Shown here in pieces: positions 1 to 9,256 of a DNA stretch of 64,000 nucleotides (its first letter is position 1; every line of letters starts with the position of its first letter). The DNA is from Acidobacteriota bacterium. GTDB lineage: Bacteria; Acidobacteriota; Vicinamibacteria; Vicinamibacterales; 2-12-FULL-66-21. The notes under the pieces were generated by a model. That model saw only the letters and a program-made list of their open reading frames with translations, ran no database searches and had not been told where the DNA came from. The stretch is from contig QHWT01000078.1 of the NCBI GenBank assembly GCA_003222675.1, positions 12,731 to 76,730 of the forward strand. The letters run 5' to 3'. Position numbers and translations under genes: made by a program.

Positions 1-66
1 GCCACCGCCGGATCCGCCGCGGCGCATGCGGGACCGTACTTTGCTGTCCTTCTGACAGGAGGGACG

Positions 67-450
67 ATGCTCCAGCGAGGCGATCTGGTTCCCCACTTTA
101 GCGTAGGGACTCTCCAGGGCCTGACTGTCCAGTACTCGACGATCTGGCAACGTCGAAACCTCGTACTGATCACCCTCCCGACGTCCGACTCCGAATCATC
201 CAGGGCGTACCTCTCCCAACTCGCTTCTGAAATGCCGGCGCTAAGTGGCCACGAGACCGAGTACGTCATCACGCGAGACAACGTGGCAGGAATAGCGTGT
301 CCCGGAGTCGTCGTCGCCGATCGCTGGGGCGAGATCGTCCACGTGGTTGCCGGATCAGATGTGGCCGACCTGCCGCCGCCCGCTGAACTCTTCGAGTGGG
401 TCACGTACTTGCAGAGTCAGTGCCCAGAGTGCCAGGGGGAAACGAAGTGA
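67..450 (+). CDS. thioredoxin-fold (redoxin-like) hypothetical protein
   Basis: 127-aa ORF with an AGGAGGG RBS just upstream of the ATG. The DLVPHF...LVLITLP layout resembles the AhpC/TSA-redoxin fold but lacks the catalytic Cys. A CPEC pair sits at the C-terminus. Confidence 0.45.
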   Translation: MLQRGDLVPHFSVGTLQGLTVQYSTIWQRRNLVLITLPTSDSESSRAYLSQLASEMPALSGHETEYVITRDNVAGIACPGVVVADRWGEIVHVVAGSDVADLPPPAELFEWVTYLQSQCPECQGETK

Positions 451-528
451 GGTCGGCGCCGAAGCGATCGAGGCGCGCGAGGTTGACTGGCAATCATTCG
501 CGCGGCGCGGCCGGACACGGCTGAAACA

Positions 529-828
529 GTGCGTGAATACGCGGCCCGCAGGCTGGCGTTTGCGCTCCGCAGATTCGAGCACCGCGTTCGGCATGTGAAG
601 GTGCGTCTCGTCGATCTGAATGGACCCAGACGAGGCGTCGATTCGCGCAGCTCGATTACAGTGGATCTCGTGGACGGGCGGCGCATCTTCGTGGACGCGA
701 CGACGGCGTGGCCGTTTGCCTCGGTGACACGCGCCGCCGAGCGCCTCAACGAGGCTGTACGCCGCGAGTTTCGGCGAGCAGCATCCCACCGCCGCCCCCG
801 ACTGACACCAAGGGCCGGCACATTTTGA
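529..828 (+). CDS. HPF/RaiA-like ribosome-associated protein (short form)
   Basis: 99-aa ORF with a GTG start. The pattern REYAARRL...RF..RV..V.V.L.D.NGPRRG.D....I is typical of the HPF/RaiA-like family. The N-terminus is uncertain because the frame is open from 487. Confidence 0.45.
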   Translation: MREYAARRLAFALRRFEHRVRHVKVRLVDLNGPRRGVDSRSSITVDLVDGRRIFVDATTAWPFASVTRAAERLNEAVRREFRRAASHRRPRLTPRAGTF

Positions 829-894
829 GTCCGGAGGAAGCAGGAGCGCGCGCGCGTGTGACGATTCTCACACGGTGAATGTGTGCCAGCGGCG

Positions 895-1578
895 TCACGC
901 ACACTGCCCTGAAATTCGCGCAAGAACCTGCGCGACGACCCGATCACAACGCGGACGGTAGAACCGAAAGGCTTCGGGTGCGGTCGCGCCAGTGCGCTCC
1001 AGCAGAACGCGTCGCAACGCCGCGCGCCCTCGTGACAGACGGGTCTTGACGACGTCCTCCGATACGTCCAGAGACTCCGCCGTTTCCGATGTGCTCAGTC
1101 CCTCGACTTCCCGCAGGACGAAGACCTCGCGCATGCCGTCCGGCAGCGTATCGATGGCCCACTCGAGCAGGCCGCGCAGCTCACCGGTGAATGCCTGCCG
1201 CTCCGGATTCTCTGGGCTGTTGGGGGACATGAAAGGCTCCACATTCGAGAGTTCGTCGTCGAACGTCTCGTACCGGCCGCGCCGACGTACGCGCGCCAGA
1301 GATTCGTTAACAGCGATCCTTGTTAGCCACGTCGAGAACCGTGCTGCGCCATTGAACTGGCGCAGGTGCGTAAACGCGTTGACATACGCCTGCTGCATGA
1401 CATCTTCCGCTTCCTGCTCGTCGCGCACGATCGCTCGCGCCGCTCTGTAGACGCGCTCGTTGTAGCGGCGCATCAACAGTTCGAACATCGCGGTGTTCCC
1501 GTCGAGCACCTGCCGGATAACGTCTTCGTCCGGCTGTTCAGCACTCCGGTTCGCGAAGGCAGAGATCGTGGCATTCAT
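895..1578 (-). CDS. ECF-type RNA polymerase sigma-70 factor
   Basis: Region 2 (DVMQQAYVNAFTHLRQF...FSTWLTRIAVNESL) and region 4 (REVFVLREVEGLSTSETAESLDVSEDVVKTRLSRGRAAL) are recognisable. I chose an internal ATG with a GGAGGG RBS (1585-1590) rather than the 262-aa ORF start. A ~40-aa C-terminal extension is present. Confidence 0.85.
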   Translation of the reverse strand: MNATISAFANRSAEQPDEDVIRQVLDGNTAMFELLMRRYNERVYRAARAIVRDEQEAEDVMQQAYVNAFTHLRQFNGAARFSTWLTRIAVNESLARVRRRGRYETFDDELSNVEPFMSPNSPENPERQAFTGELRGLLEWAIDTLPDGMREVFVLREVEGLSTSETAESLDVSEDVVKTRLSRGRAALRRVLLERTGATAPEAFRFYRPRCDRVVAQVLARISGQCA

Positions 1579-1682
1579 AGTCATCCCTCCAATATAAAGA
1601 GTTGGCAGCCGCAAGAAGGTGACAGAACACGACATGTCACCTTCCTCAGGGTCCTGCCCTCCAATGGGCAGGAGGCATTTCA

Positions 1683-2108
1683 ATGGACAATCGACTCAAT
1701 ACCCCATGGATCGCATTGCGATATGGGATCGGCTTGACCGCCACGCTCGCGGGTATCGACAAATTCTTCAATCTGCTGGCGGACTGGACCTCGTACGTCA
1801 GCCCCCTGGCCGCGCAGCTCCTGCCGGTATCGACCGGCACGTTCATGGGGTTCGTCGGCGTAATCGAGTTCGCAGTTGGCGTGACCATTCTGGCTGGCTG
1901 CACGAGAGTCGGCGCGTACGTTGCGAGTGCCTGGCTCTTGGGAGTCGCCGCGAACCTCGTGGCTGCCGGATTCTACGACGTGGCGGTTCGAGATGTCGTC
2001 ATGTCTCTTGCGGCGTTCACGCTGGCACGTCTCGCGGAAGTGCGCGTCGAGGCGCCTGCGTACGGCTTCAACAGCATCATTGAGCGTCCACGGCAGGCGA
2101 CGGTCTGA
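1683..2108 (+). CDS. DoxX-like integral membrane protein
   Basis: 141 aa with 3-4 hydrophobic helices and a GIDKFFN..ADWTSYV start typical of the DoxX family. It is divergent from the ECF sigma gene. Confidence 0.55.
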   Translation: MDNRLNTPWIALRYGIGLTATLAGIDKFFNLLADWTSYVSPLAAQLLPVSTGTFMGFVGVIEFAVGVTILAGCTRVGAYVASAWLLGVAANLVAAGFYDVAVRDVVMSLAAFTLARLAEVRVEAPAYGFNSIIERPRQATV

Positions 2109-2679
2109 ACAGATCCCCTATCGACATGCCTTTCGCCACATGTACGAGCGTCATACGGCCGTTGTTCTCCTTAGCCAGCGACACGGCCTGCGCGAGGGCG
2201 GCGTTCGATGCCGGGCTGAAGTCGAAGGCGCACAGGATGCCGCCGAAAGAAATCGAAGCCGGCGCAACGGTACCCTTCGGCCTTCCCGGCACGATCAACA
2301 CAGGGCAGGCGGCGCGCAGGGTCACGGTCTCCGCGACTGAACCGGCGCGGAGTCGCGCCAGGCCTGTCCGCCGGTGGGTGCCAATGACGAGAACGTGCGG
2401 CCGTCGGGCGCGGGCATGGAGCAGAATCACGCCAGCGGGGTCGCCATGCTGCACGCTGACCTTGAAGCGCACTTCGGCATCGTTCGCCGCCTGCCGAAGC
2501 GCCGCGATCATCGCGATCCGCTCCCGCGCGTGCCACCGGAACGGCTGATCCTTTGGCACGGCATGCACGACCGTGAGTTCAGCGTTGCGCGCGCGGCTCA
2601 GCGCGAGCGCCTGTTCGAATGCGGCGTGCGCCGGTTCCGAACAGTCGACCGCGCAAAGGATGCGAAAAATCTGATTCAT
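2077..2679 (-). CDS. universal stress protein (UspA family)
   Basis: The start is an internal ATG (MNQIFRILCAVDCSE...) and the longer ORF extension was rejected. USP hallmarks are present: VVHAV, GDPAGVILLHA, VLVIGTHRRTGLARLRAGSVAETV, ACPVLIV, plus a partial second USP repeat. Confidence 0.75.
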   Translation of the reverse strand: MNQIFRILCAVDCSEPAHAAFEQALALSRARNAELTVVHAVPKDQPFRWHARERIAMIAALRQAANDAEVRFKVSVQHGDPAGVILLHARARRPHVLVIGTHRRTGLARLRAGSVAETVTLRAACPVLIVPGRPKGTVAPASISFGGILCAFDFSPASNAALAQAVSLAKENNGRMTLVHVAKGMSIGDLFRPSPAVDAQ

Positions 2680-2725
2680 GTTGCTGCTCCGCGATTTGAA
2701 GACATCGATATGAGTTTCTGTCGCT

Positions 2726-3193
2726 TCACCGCGCGACGAGCCAGGCGATCGCCGCGACCAGGCCTCGAACAGCGAGCGCGATCGGCAGCCCGACGAGGAG
2801 AATCGCGAACGGCACGAGCAGCACGATGCCGCACGCGCCGGCCGTAGATATGATCGCGTCGACCAACGTCCGTTCGCCGTCAGTCGATCGCGAGACGTCG
2901 AGCACGCTGATCTGCGACCTCGCTGATTGCCGCGTGTCTGCGGGCGTCTCGGCACGGGTTCCGTTGTTCATCGGACCACCGGGATTGAGACGGACGATCC
3001 CCGGGGTCCACGACGGCGGATCGCTCGCGGGAAACGACTCGGCGAGAACCTCGTCCATCGCACGCTCCGCTGCCAATCGGTTCGATCGAGTGTCAGCATC
3101 TGCGACTTGCGCGTACGCCGCCACGATCGGCGGCAATGTGGCCGCCAGAGTGCCGTCCCGACTAACGATTGCCGTTCTCGTGTCAAACATCAT
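2726..3193 (-). CDS. hypothetical membrane-anchored protein with an FPASDPP motif
   Basis: 155 aa. It has a conserved-looking E.FPASDPPSW motif and two C-terminal hydrophobic helices. No family was recognised. Confidence 0.4.
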   Translation of the reverse strand: MMFDTRTAIVSRDGTLAATLPPIVAAYAQVADADTRSNRLAAERAMDEVLAESFPASDPPSWTPGIVRLNPGGPMNNGTRAETPADTRQSARSQISVLDVSRSTDGERTLVDAIISTAGACGIVLLVPFAILLVGLPIALAVRGLVAAIAWLVAR

Positions 3194-3199
3194 TTCTCC

Positions 3200-3400
3200 T
3201 CACGCAGCCGGCCGATGGTGCTGGGTCTCAGCCAGCATCCGGTGCCGCAAATTCGTTCGCCATTCGAAGTACGCGACCAGCCCTGAAGCCATGGCTCCCA
3301 CTCCCATGATCACGATTTTGACCGCTCGCAGATTGCTCGTCAGCCATACGGCCGCAGCGCCTCCGAGCAGGACTAGCGTGACGCTGGCCAGCGCCACCAT
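3200..3400 (-). CDS. small two-helix membrane protein (hypothetical)
   Basis: Internal start MVALASVTLVLLGG..., with two hydrophobic segments. Support is weak. Confidence 0.25.
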   Translation of the reverse strand: MVALASVTLVLLGGAAAVWLTSNLRAVKIVIMGVGAMASGLVAYFEWRTNLRHRMLAETQHHRPAA

Positions 3401-3924
3401 CCATGCCGTTCTCCACGAGGATGATGATGCTGTCTTCGCTCTCCAGCATTGCATCCACCTGCTCGTGAACACGCGGCGCCTCTGGTTCGAGTGTTTGCCG
3501 TAATGTCATCGCTCAGATCTCCACGGTCCTGCTCTGCAATGGCGCCGACGATGTCGTCAGCGAACGACCGGAGTCTGCGATTGACGTGCGTCTCCTCCCG
3601 TTCGATCGACTCTGAGCGTCCGGCGCCGTCAGACTGTCGACTCACCAGGTCGACGATATTTGCCTCGGGCGCCTGAACCGTCGTTGCGCGGGAGCGCAGG
3701 AAACTCAGTTCGCTTGCTCGATGGCCAAACATCGTCGCCGCCTCAGCCCACAGCGTGCGAGCTTCCATGTGAGGGCACTTGTCGTCACATGCGTCGTCAC
3801 TTCGCACGGCGCGAAGGCGCCGCTCGTGTGCCACCATCGAGTCGTGCCATGTCGCCAGACGATCGGACAATGACACCGCTTCAGATGTACCGATGCGCGA
3901 TCCCAGCAGTGCGTACGGATTCAT
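3373..3924 (-). CDS. hypothetical protein
   Basis: 183-aa ORF. The N-terminal two-thirds look protein-like and the C-terminus is low quality. No family was recognised. Confidence 0.3.
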   Translation of the reverse strand: MNPYALLGSRIGTSEAVSLSDRLATWHDSMVAHERRLRAVRSDDACDDKCPHMEARTLWAEAATMFGHRASELSFLRSRATTVQAPEANIVDLVSRQSDGAGRSESIEREETHVNRRLRSFADDIVGAIAEQDRGDLSDDITANTRTRGAACSRAGGCNAGERRQHHHPRGERHGWWRWPASR

Positions 3925-4568
3925 GTCAGACCCACACCCTCTCGCGGCACGCGCGCGCGACGCGATCGATCGCGATCAATTAGGCCGCATCTCGCAGCGA
4001 TACCTGCTCGCGTTCAGTCCTCTGGTGCACGGCCCTGAAGCCCTCCGTCATCCACGCGTCCAGCTTCTGAAGCACCTCGTCGGCGCTCCAGTCGTCATCC
4101 ATGCGAACGGGGACCGCGACCCAGTGGTCGCGCATCGGCGATCGCAACAGATCGTGGGTTCCGGGATCGAGCCGCAATCGGTCGGCAGCGCGATCGAACC
4201 GCACCTGCGCCTCGCCCAGAGCGGCCTGCGCAGCAGGTGCTGTTTCGGGATGAACGAGCCGCGGGACCGGCGGTGTCGGTGCCGGGAGGCATCGACGCGA
4301 ACAGGAGGGGACGCCAGAGGCGTCGGCCCTTTCTGTTCACGCCTCCGGCACCGCCGTGATGAAGGAGGGCACCGAACGAAGGGGTAGAGGCGGCAAGCAT
4401 GGTTATGGTGGTGCGTCCACTTCGCTGGCCTGTTAAGTGGCTCGCGCGTGGCGTCGCAGCGTGACGCTATTTCTTAGAGCAACATGCGATCCCGCGGCAT
4501 TCCCGGGAATTTGGGACGACCGGACATCTGACGCTGTTTCACTCTGAGATCGAACGTTTCGTTTTGAA

Positions 4569-4916
4569 ATGCCCGACGTCGATCATGAAATGTGTGCTCT
4601 GAAGGTCCGAATACTGATGTCGCTGACCGATGACGATCTGCACGGCTACGAAATCATGCGGCGTGTCGAGGAACAAACTGACGGACGCACGCGCATGGGC
4701 CCCGGCACGCTTTACAGCTCGATTCAGGCGTTGCTCGACGCGGGATTCATCGCCGAAGTAGCGTCACGCGGTGAGGAAGGCCTGAACGATGCGCGACGCC
4801 GCTACTATCGCCTCACCGCGGCGGGACGCAAGGCCGCGCGCGATGAGGCCGAGAGACTGGCCGATGTGCTGCGAGTCGCGCGCGCGAAGAAGATCTTGAG
4901 GGGGGACCATGTTTGA
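4569..4916 (+). CDS. PadR family transcriptional regulator
   Basis: Winged-helix pattern LHGYEIMRRVEE...GPGTLYSSIQALLDAGFI...RRRYYRLTAAGRKA. The stop overlaps the next gene's ATG by 8 nt. Confidence 0.85.
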   Translation: MPDVDHEMCALKVRILMSLTDDDLHGYEIMRRVEEQTDGRTRMGPGTLYSSIQALLDAGFIAEVASRGEEGLNDARRRYYRLTAAGRKAARDEAERLADVLRVARAKKILRGDHV

Positions 4917-7026
4917 GACTTTCTGCGTCCTTCTGCTGCGGCTCTACCCTGCCGGGTTTCAACGCGCGTACGGCCGCGAGGCCGTGCAGCTCATGAGAGA
5001 CCGCGCACGCCACGAGCGAGGATTCTTCGTCCGTATTCGTTTGCTGCTGGACCTGGCGATCGATCTCGGCGTGACCTCGCTTCACGGCTTTCAATCCAGC
5101 AAGCCGTTGCTCGCGCACATCGACGGCCCACCTCGTTTCGACGTCATCCACATGCATCGTCCACGCCCGGCGGCGCTCGCCGTAGGCATGTTAACGACGA
5201 TTCTCATGTTCGCGGCCTTCACGCTGCTGCTTCAGCTGGAGGCGCTCCCGAATGCGCCCGCGCACCTCGGCAAACGATCTGGTTTTGCAATGCCAGGCGC
5301 CGGCTCGAACCGCTCCGCGCGGCAGGTCACCGCAGCCAATCCCGAGGCGCGTCACAAGCTCATTGCCGCCATCGCCGCGAACCTGAAGCAGCGCTATGTC
5401 GATCGCGCTATCGGCCAACAGTTGGCAGACGCATTACTGGCACGCGACAAGAAGGGTGAATATGAATCGCTCGACATGGGGACGAATTTCGCGGCTCGCA
5501 TCAACAGGGACATTCAGACCACCAGTCGCGCTCTCGGAATTCCCCGCGGCGTGTTTGTTGCTGACGTGGTCTACAGCGCGCGACCGCTGCCGGCGGGCCC
5601 GCCGCCACCGATGACGGAACAAATGCGTGAGCGTGATCGGGCGATGCTGCTTCAGCAGAACTGCCTGTTCGAGAGGATCGAGACGCTGCCGCGCAATGTC
5701 GGCTACATGAAGCTGACTGGCTTTGCGGATGCCACCGCATGTCAGGAGACGACTGCACGGGCGATGGCATCGCTGAACGATGCCGCTGCGCTCATCGTCG
5801 ATTTGCAGGATGACGGCGGCGGGTTTGGCGAGACCGCGCTGCAAATCGCCGGATATCTCTTCGATCATCCGACATTCATGTACGATCCCCGTCCCGACTC
5901 GCCAGTTCCCGCCAGAACCGCGTCGCCGATTTCTGGCAACAAGCTCGCCGACAAACCGGTGTATGTCCTGACGTCGTCAAGAACACAGTCTGCGGCCGAG
6001 TATTTCGTCTACAACTTGAAGATGTTGAAGCGGGCGACGGTCGTCGGAGAGACGACGGCGGGCCACCAGCACTCGGGCGCGTTTCACCGCATCAATGATC
6101 ACGTGGGCATGGGAATTCAGGAAGCGGTGCCGCCAGACAATCCCTATCCCGTGAAAGGTTGGGAAGTCATCGGCCTAGAGCCCGACGTGAAGGTCTCGAG
6201 GGCCGAAGCTTTCGAGGCGGCGAGGACGCCCGTCGAGGAGACCGTAGCGTTGCCTGCCGTCGCTCAGTCGCCGGCGTTTGAAGTGATCTCAATAAAGCCC
6301 GCTCGCTCAGCCGACCCGCCCAACATGCGCATGCGAGTGCTGCCAAACGGTGACCTCAATGCGACCGCGGTGCCTGTGCTCTTGCTCTTGCAGTACGCGT
6401 ACGACGTGCCAGTCAACCCCTCGCCGCGTCTTTCCGATCTTCCTGGCTGGCGCGAGAGGTACGATATCGAGGCGAAGGCGCCCGCCAACGCCGTTCCCTT
6501 CGGTCTTTCAGAAAGCCAAAAGCGAGGACGAATGCAGGGAATGATTCGCGGGTTGCTCGCGGATCGTTTCAAGCTTGTGATGCGGGTGGAGCATAAAACG
6601 ATGCCGGTCTACGCTCTCACCGTCGCAAGGGGAGGTCCGAATCTCCGCAAGTCGACCATCGCGGAGAGGGACTGCATTTTTGACACAGGCACCCCGGAAA
6701 GTTGCCATAACTTCATCATGGGCAGAGGCCACCCACTGAATGCAAGAGCGATCAACATGGACGACCTTGCTCAGTACATCGAGAACTGGACAGATCTGCC
6801 GGTGGTGAACCGCACGGCAATCAGCGGGCTGTTCGCCGTTGAGACGGAAGGGTGGACCCCCATGCGGCTGCCGCCTCCTCCGCCAGGCAACCCGCCGGCC
6901 GCGCGCTTCGATGACTTCCCCACAATCTTCACCGTGCTGCGCAAACTCGGTCTCGAACTGAAACAGCAAGAAGCCACAGTGCCGGTATACACGGTGAAGC
7001 ACATCGAGCGCCCGGCAGGCGAATGA
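4909..7026 (+). CDS. PadR-partner membrane protein fused to an S41 peptidase and a TIGR03435-type domain
   Basis: 705 aa. The N-terminus (LLLRLYPAGFQRAYGRE) matches PadR-adjacent proteins, followed by one TM helix. The middle has S41 tail-specific-protease motifs (LIVDLQDDGGGFGE, VYVLTSSRTQSAAEYF, VVGETTAG). The C-terminal ~240 aa (FEVISIKP...LLLQYAYDVP...DIEAKAP...LLADRFKLVMRVE...PVYALTVA...PVVNRT...LGLELK) matches the TIGR03435/DUF3738 pattern. Confidence 0.8.
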   Translation: MFETFCVLLLRLYPAGFQRAYGREAVQLMRDRARHERGFFVRIRLLLDLAIDLGVTSLHGFQSSKPLLAHIDGPPRFDVIHMHRPRPAALAVGMLTTILMFAAFTLLLQLEALPNAPAHLGKRSGFAMPGAGSNRSARQVTAANPEARHKLIAAIAANLKQRYVDRAIGQQLADALLARDKKGEYESLDMGTNFAARINRDIQTTSRALGIPRGVFVADVVYSARPLPAGPPPPMTEQMRERDRAMLLQQNCLFERIETLPRNVGYMKLTGFADATACQETTARAMASLNDAAALIVDLQDDGGGFGETALQIAGYLFDHPTFMYDPRPDSPVPARTASPISGNKLADKPVYVLTSSRTQSAAEYFVYNLKMLKRATVVGETTAGHQHSGAFHRINDHVGMGIQEAVPPDNPYPVKGWEVIGLEPDVKVSRAEAFEAARTPVEETVALPAVAQSPAFEVISIKPARSADPPNMRMRVLPNGDLNATAVPVLLLLQYAYDVPVNPSPRLSDLPGWRERYDIEAKAPANAVPFGLSESQKRGRMQGMIRGLLADRFKLVMRVEHKTMPVYALTVARGGPNLRKSTIAERDCIFDTGTPESCHNFIMGRGHPLNARAINMDDLAQYIENWTDLPVVNRTAISGLFAVETEGWTPMRLPPPPPGNPPAARFDDFPTIFTVLRKLGLELKQQEATVPVYTVKHIERPAGE

Positions 7027-7397
7027 GCACGACGCACGATAGAACGCGTTCAACGGTCGCGGATTCAAAAGGCGTTGAGGAACGTCCGATCGCTGCGCGG
7101 TCGGGGCGCATCCAGTCCGCGGAAAGGGCTCAGCCCGCCCGAACACCAGAATACTGACGGCAAGCCACTTCCTCGCCTGATGCTGCGGACCACAGGCCAC
7201 CAGCCCGCGATGCGCGGGCGAGGAGGTTGCTGCATCCCGCTTGTCGTCTGCGCTGCGCTCGCGTGAGGGCTCAAGCCCCCCGTCGGAGTGCTCCGATCTG
7301 TCTGAGCCACACGACGAGCTGGTTCCAACTGGCGAACGTCAGGCTCACCACTCATTCCAAACGCTTTGGGATGTTGCCACTCATCAGCAGAAAGTGC

Positions 7398-7487
7398 CTC
7401 TGCTTGCGCGGGGGCTGCGTTTGGTTGCAGCGCGTCTTGGCGATCGACTTCGCGGCGTGACGCATCCGGCAGCCAATGCGCATACAC
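7398..7487 (-). pseudogene. tyrosine-integrase C-terminal remnant
   Basis: The translation YAHWLPDASRREVDRQDALQPNA matches the extreme C-terminus of phage-type integrases (catalytic Tyr followed by ...VDRLD). No upstream integrase body is present. Confidence 0.35.
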
Positions 7488-7544
7488 GCGGAGCGTGATC
7501 GACGCGTACTCCGGACGACGGACTCCGGACGACGGCCGTGCGCG

Positions 7545-7892
7545 TCAGCGGCCTCCCCGCCTGATCGTGAGGCGAAGAAAGGCCACGCCGCGGACGCGCC
7601 CTTCGGGGATGATGTCGAGCGCCGCGTCCGAGAGCGGGTGGAACCGTCGATCGAACTCGCCGTACTCATCGCCCTGTTCGAGCGCCAGGTACGGAACGTA
7701 GCCGGCGCGTTCGAGGGCGCTGACGGTCTCGACCAGCGAGTCATCCGGCAGCAGTTCCGCTCGGACCGTCGGACGTCCCGAATAGATCCGCAAGCTGCCG
7801 CTGTGGAGCGACGAGATCGCGACCGCGTGCGGCGGCGTGTGCGCGCCGAACCACTCGCCAACGAGACGGTATCGCTGCTCTTGCACGGCCAT
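7545..7892 (-). CDS. hypothetical protein or 3' fragment of a larger membrane-protein gene
   Basis: The 115 aa from the internal ATG (HSGSLRIYSGRPTVRAELLPDDSLVETV..LERAGYVPYLALEQGDEYGEFDRRF) resemble a conserved C-terminal module of large membrane glycosyltransferase-like proteins. The context is degraded. Confidence 0.3.
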   Translation of the reverse strand: MAVQEQRYRLVGEWFGAHTPPHAVAISSLHSGSLRIYSGRPTVRAELLPDDSLVETVSALERAGYVPYLALEQGDEYGEFDRRFHPLSDAALDIIPEGRVRGVAFLRLTIRRGGR

Positions 7893-8089
7893 GTCGAACA
7901 CATGCTGCCGCACACCGTGACCACATGCGTCACGACGAGACGCAAGTCGGTCACGAGGATGACGGCAATCGTCAACCAGAAGCACGCCGTTGCTGCATGG
8001 GCACGCGCGGACATGTTGCCCGGATCGCTCCCGGAGACAGGACGTTGCGCCACGCGCTACGCGGCGGAGAAAGCGGCCGTGCTGCGCAT

Positions 8090-8264
8090 GGAATTCAAAA
8101 CCTTTCTGCACGCGTTTATCCTGATCCCGGTGCACGTGGTGCGCACCAGTCGTCGAGTCGTCTTCGTTTCTCGCGTGGAATTCCTGGCAGGCGGTCAGTT
8201 TGCGCAGGTTCGATCATCTGCGCGCGCCGCTCAGTGTGTGAAGCCACCGCGGAGACCGGGATAG
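8090..8264 (+). mobile_element. DDE transposase C-terminal remnant (IS1380/IS4-like)
   Basis: The translation EFKTFLHAFILIPVHVVRTSRRVVFV matches the ...R.R..L...PA.VVRHARR..L.L tail of DDE transposases. Only ~30 aa are recognisable. Confidence 0.3.
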
Positions 8265-8389
8265 GGACGCCCGGATGGATTGAACTCGATCACGCGCTGC
8301 AGAGGATCAGCTGATGATGACAATTGAACGAGGACGCGGCGGGACATCGTCCCGAACGGTGAGGTCCGCCGCCATCACTGAGCGTTCGC

Positions 8390-9067
8390 TTATTTTGGGA
8401 CTGGAGTGAGGACGATGTTGTCCAGTCCCATTGCGCTGACAGCATCAGTAAGACTGATCACGAGGGTGTCAATCACAGCCGCCGCCTGTGGGTTCACCAC
8501 CGTTGCGAACTTTCCAAAGGTGTTCGGTAGCGTATTCGCTATTGTGAACACGGTCGTGGAGTTCCGCAGACCTGTGACCTGGTAAGGAATGGGAACGAGG
8601 CTAGCGTAGAGGTCAATGGATTTGAAGCTGAATGTGGCTCCGGCAGCCGTTACTTGAATGGTGCCCATGCCCGGAGTTGCTGGCGAAGGCACATAGAACT
8701 CAATAAAGGGAGCCGGATGTCCGTAGTCGGTAATGACACTCCATTCGCCAGATGTCGCCGTCACCGTAACACCGGACTCGGTGTAGGAATGAACGACGCA
8801 GCTTGGGCTTGGTGGAAATGGCTGCCGGATCGCGATATTGACCGGCTGGCCATCCGGAGTTGTAAAATCAGGCGACACGCCTCCTGAAACCCATCGATCA
8901 CAGGGTAATCCACTAAGATGGTCGAAGCCGATGGTCGGGTCGGTCGATGTCGATAAGGAGGTGCTCGCAGACCTGATAGCAGACGAAGGCGAGACGGGGG
9001 TGCCGCCAGAACACGCTGCGCAAACGGCGCTCACGCTCAGAACGAAAGCCGCAGGGAGATATCTCAT
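8390..9067 (-). CDS. lipoprotein or secreted hypothetical protein
   Basis: Internal ATG with an AGGAGG RBS (9075-9080). The signal/lipobox-like N-terminus is MRYLPAAFVLSVSAVCAAC and the body is Ser/Thr/Pro-rich beta-type. Confidence 0.55.
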   Translation of the reverse strand: MRYLPAAFVLSVSAVCAACSGGTPVSPSSAIRSASTSLSTSTDPTIGFDHLSGLPCDRWVSGGVSPDFTTPDGQPVNIAIRQPFPPSPSCVVHSYTESGVTVTATSGEWSVITDYGHPAPFIEFYVPSPATPGMGTIQVTAAGATFSFKSIDLYASLVPIPYQVTGLRNSTTVFTIANTLPNTFGKFATVVNPQAAAVIDTLVISLTDAVSAMGLDNIVLTPVPK

Positions 9068-9256
9068 CGCAAAACCTCCTATCGTAAGCGTCTCACCTAA
9101 TCTAGAAGAAAGATCGCAAGATGCTTTTTCATAAGACATCTCTCATTGCCATCCGCGGTCGCGTCCAATCGAGGTAGCGATGATCGCTTCCGTTTGGCGC
9201 GAACCGCTTGAACCCAACGGATGCCGAGGAGCTGCTCCTCTGATCCATGAGAGTGG

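Noticed and set aside
3980-4204. A possible glutamate/leucine dehydrogenase N-terminal remnant (…FDRAADRLRLDPGTHDLLRSPMRDHWVAVPVRMDDD…).
   Set aside because: Only ~40 aa resemble the GDH N-terminus, and similarity ends at MDDD. There is no GxGxxG or catalytic Lys region, so this is too weak to call.
7352-8264. The 233-aa (minus) and 262-aa (plus) overlapping ORFs as real genes.
   Set aside because: Their composition is low-complexity Arg/Ser/Ala. They overlap each other extensively, and only short terminal stretches resemble known proteins (mobile-element remnants).
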